Below, one piece after another: positions 63,585-64,000 of a stretch of DNA of 64,000 nucleotides. Position numbers and translations under genes: made by a program. Position 1 is the first letter of the stretch. Each line of letters begins with the position of its first letter. Origin of the DNA: Chiloscyllium plagiosum (Eukaryota); contig NC_057720.1 of assembly GCF_004010195.1 (NCBI RefSeq), forward strand, positions 13,657,189 through 13,721,188. The letters are read 5' to 3'. The notes under the pieces are model-generated. The model made no database searches and was not told the DNA's origin. It saw only the letters and a list, made by a program, of their open reading frames with translations.

Positions 63585-64000
63585 AAAGACTATCTGGAGG
63601 AGTCTCAGAAACAGCTGCACTTATAAAGTAAGGAAGAGCATTCCTTGGTACAAATTTAATCCTTGAAGTTGAAAGTTATTAGTTGGTGAAACCTGTAACA
63701 TCTGGTACTGACGATACTACATGGCTTATATGGTTTAACTACTTTTACTCTAAGTTCGGATTTTGCCTAAATTTGATCTTGTTACAAGATGAATGAGCAC
63801 AAAGGTTAATGAAGAAAGGAAGGTTTCTCAAAACTGTTTATTATAGAAACCTCTGTTGATGGTTTATCTGATTGGGAAAACAGCAGAAATTCTGCCTTCA
63901 AATTGAGTAAATGATAAAAAGCAACATGATCAGGCAAAAATGTGATGCTGATCCATATGATCAAATATGAGAATATGACCCAAAAGCACGATCAAGTTTT

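Noticed and set aside
1..64000. CRISPR array or other prokaryotic system
   Set aside because: There is no regularly spaced repeat-spacer array, no operon and no intact ORF cluster; the repeats are dispersed eukaryotic transposable elements.

Overview
Repeat-rich vertebrate genomic DNA, most likely from an elasmobranch (shark). This is inferred from HE1/V-SINE-type tRNA SINEs, HER1/CR1-type LINEs and Deu-domain-type SINEs. Almost all ORFs in the supplied track are fragments or antisense shadows of decayed retroelements, and I can name no intact protein-coding gene. The window opens with a degenerate TTAGGG satellite that points inward, followed by a minisatellite around an N gap. It then holds many CR1-group LINE fragments, SINEs, Tigger-like MITEs, LTR remnants and two clades of Penelope-like elements (PLEs). 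The most notable signal is about 15 short PLE-derived insertions, most with 7-15 bp target-site duplications (TSDs), plus one GIY-YIG-coding PLE. Many carry minimal hammerhead ribozymes from three sequence families with covarying stems and palindromic helix III, and several are near-perfect fold-back hairpins. I also note a Penelope/LTR chimera inside one TSD, a 238-bp flank duplication inside a PLE insertion, RFX X-box motifs in repeat-free DNA, and low-confidence minus-strand exon candidates. Repeat boundaries were read by eye and are approximate unless a TSD or terminal inverted repeat (TIR) is quoted.
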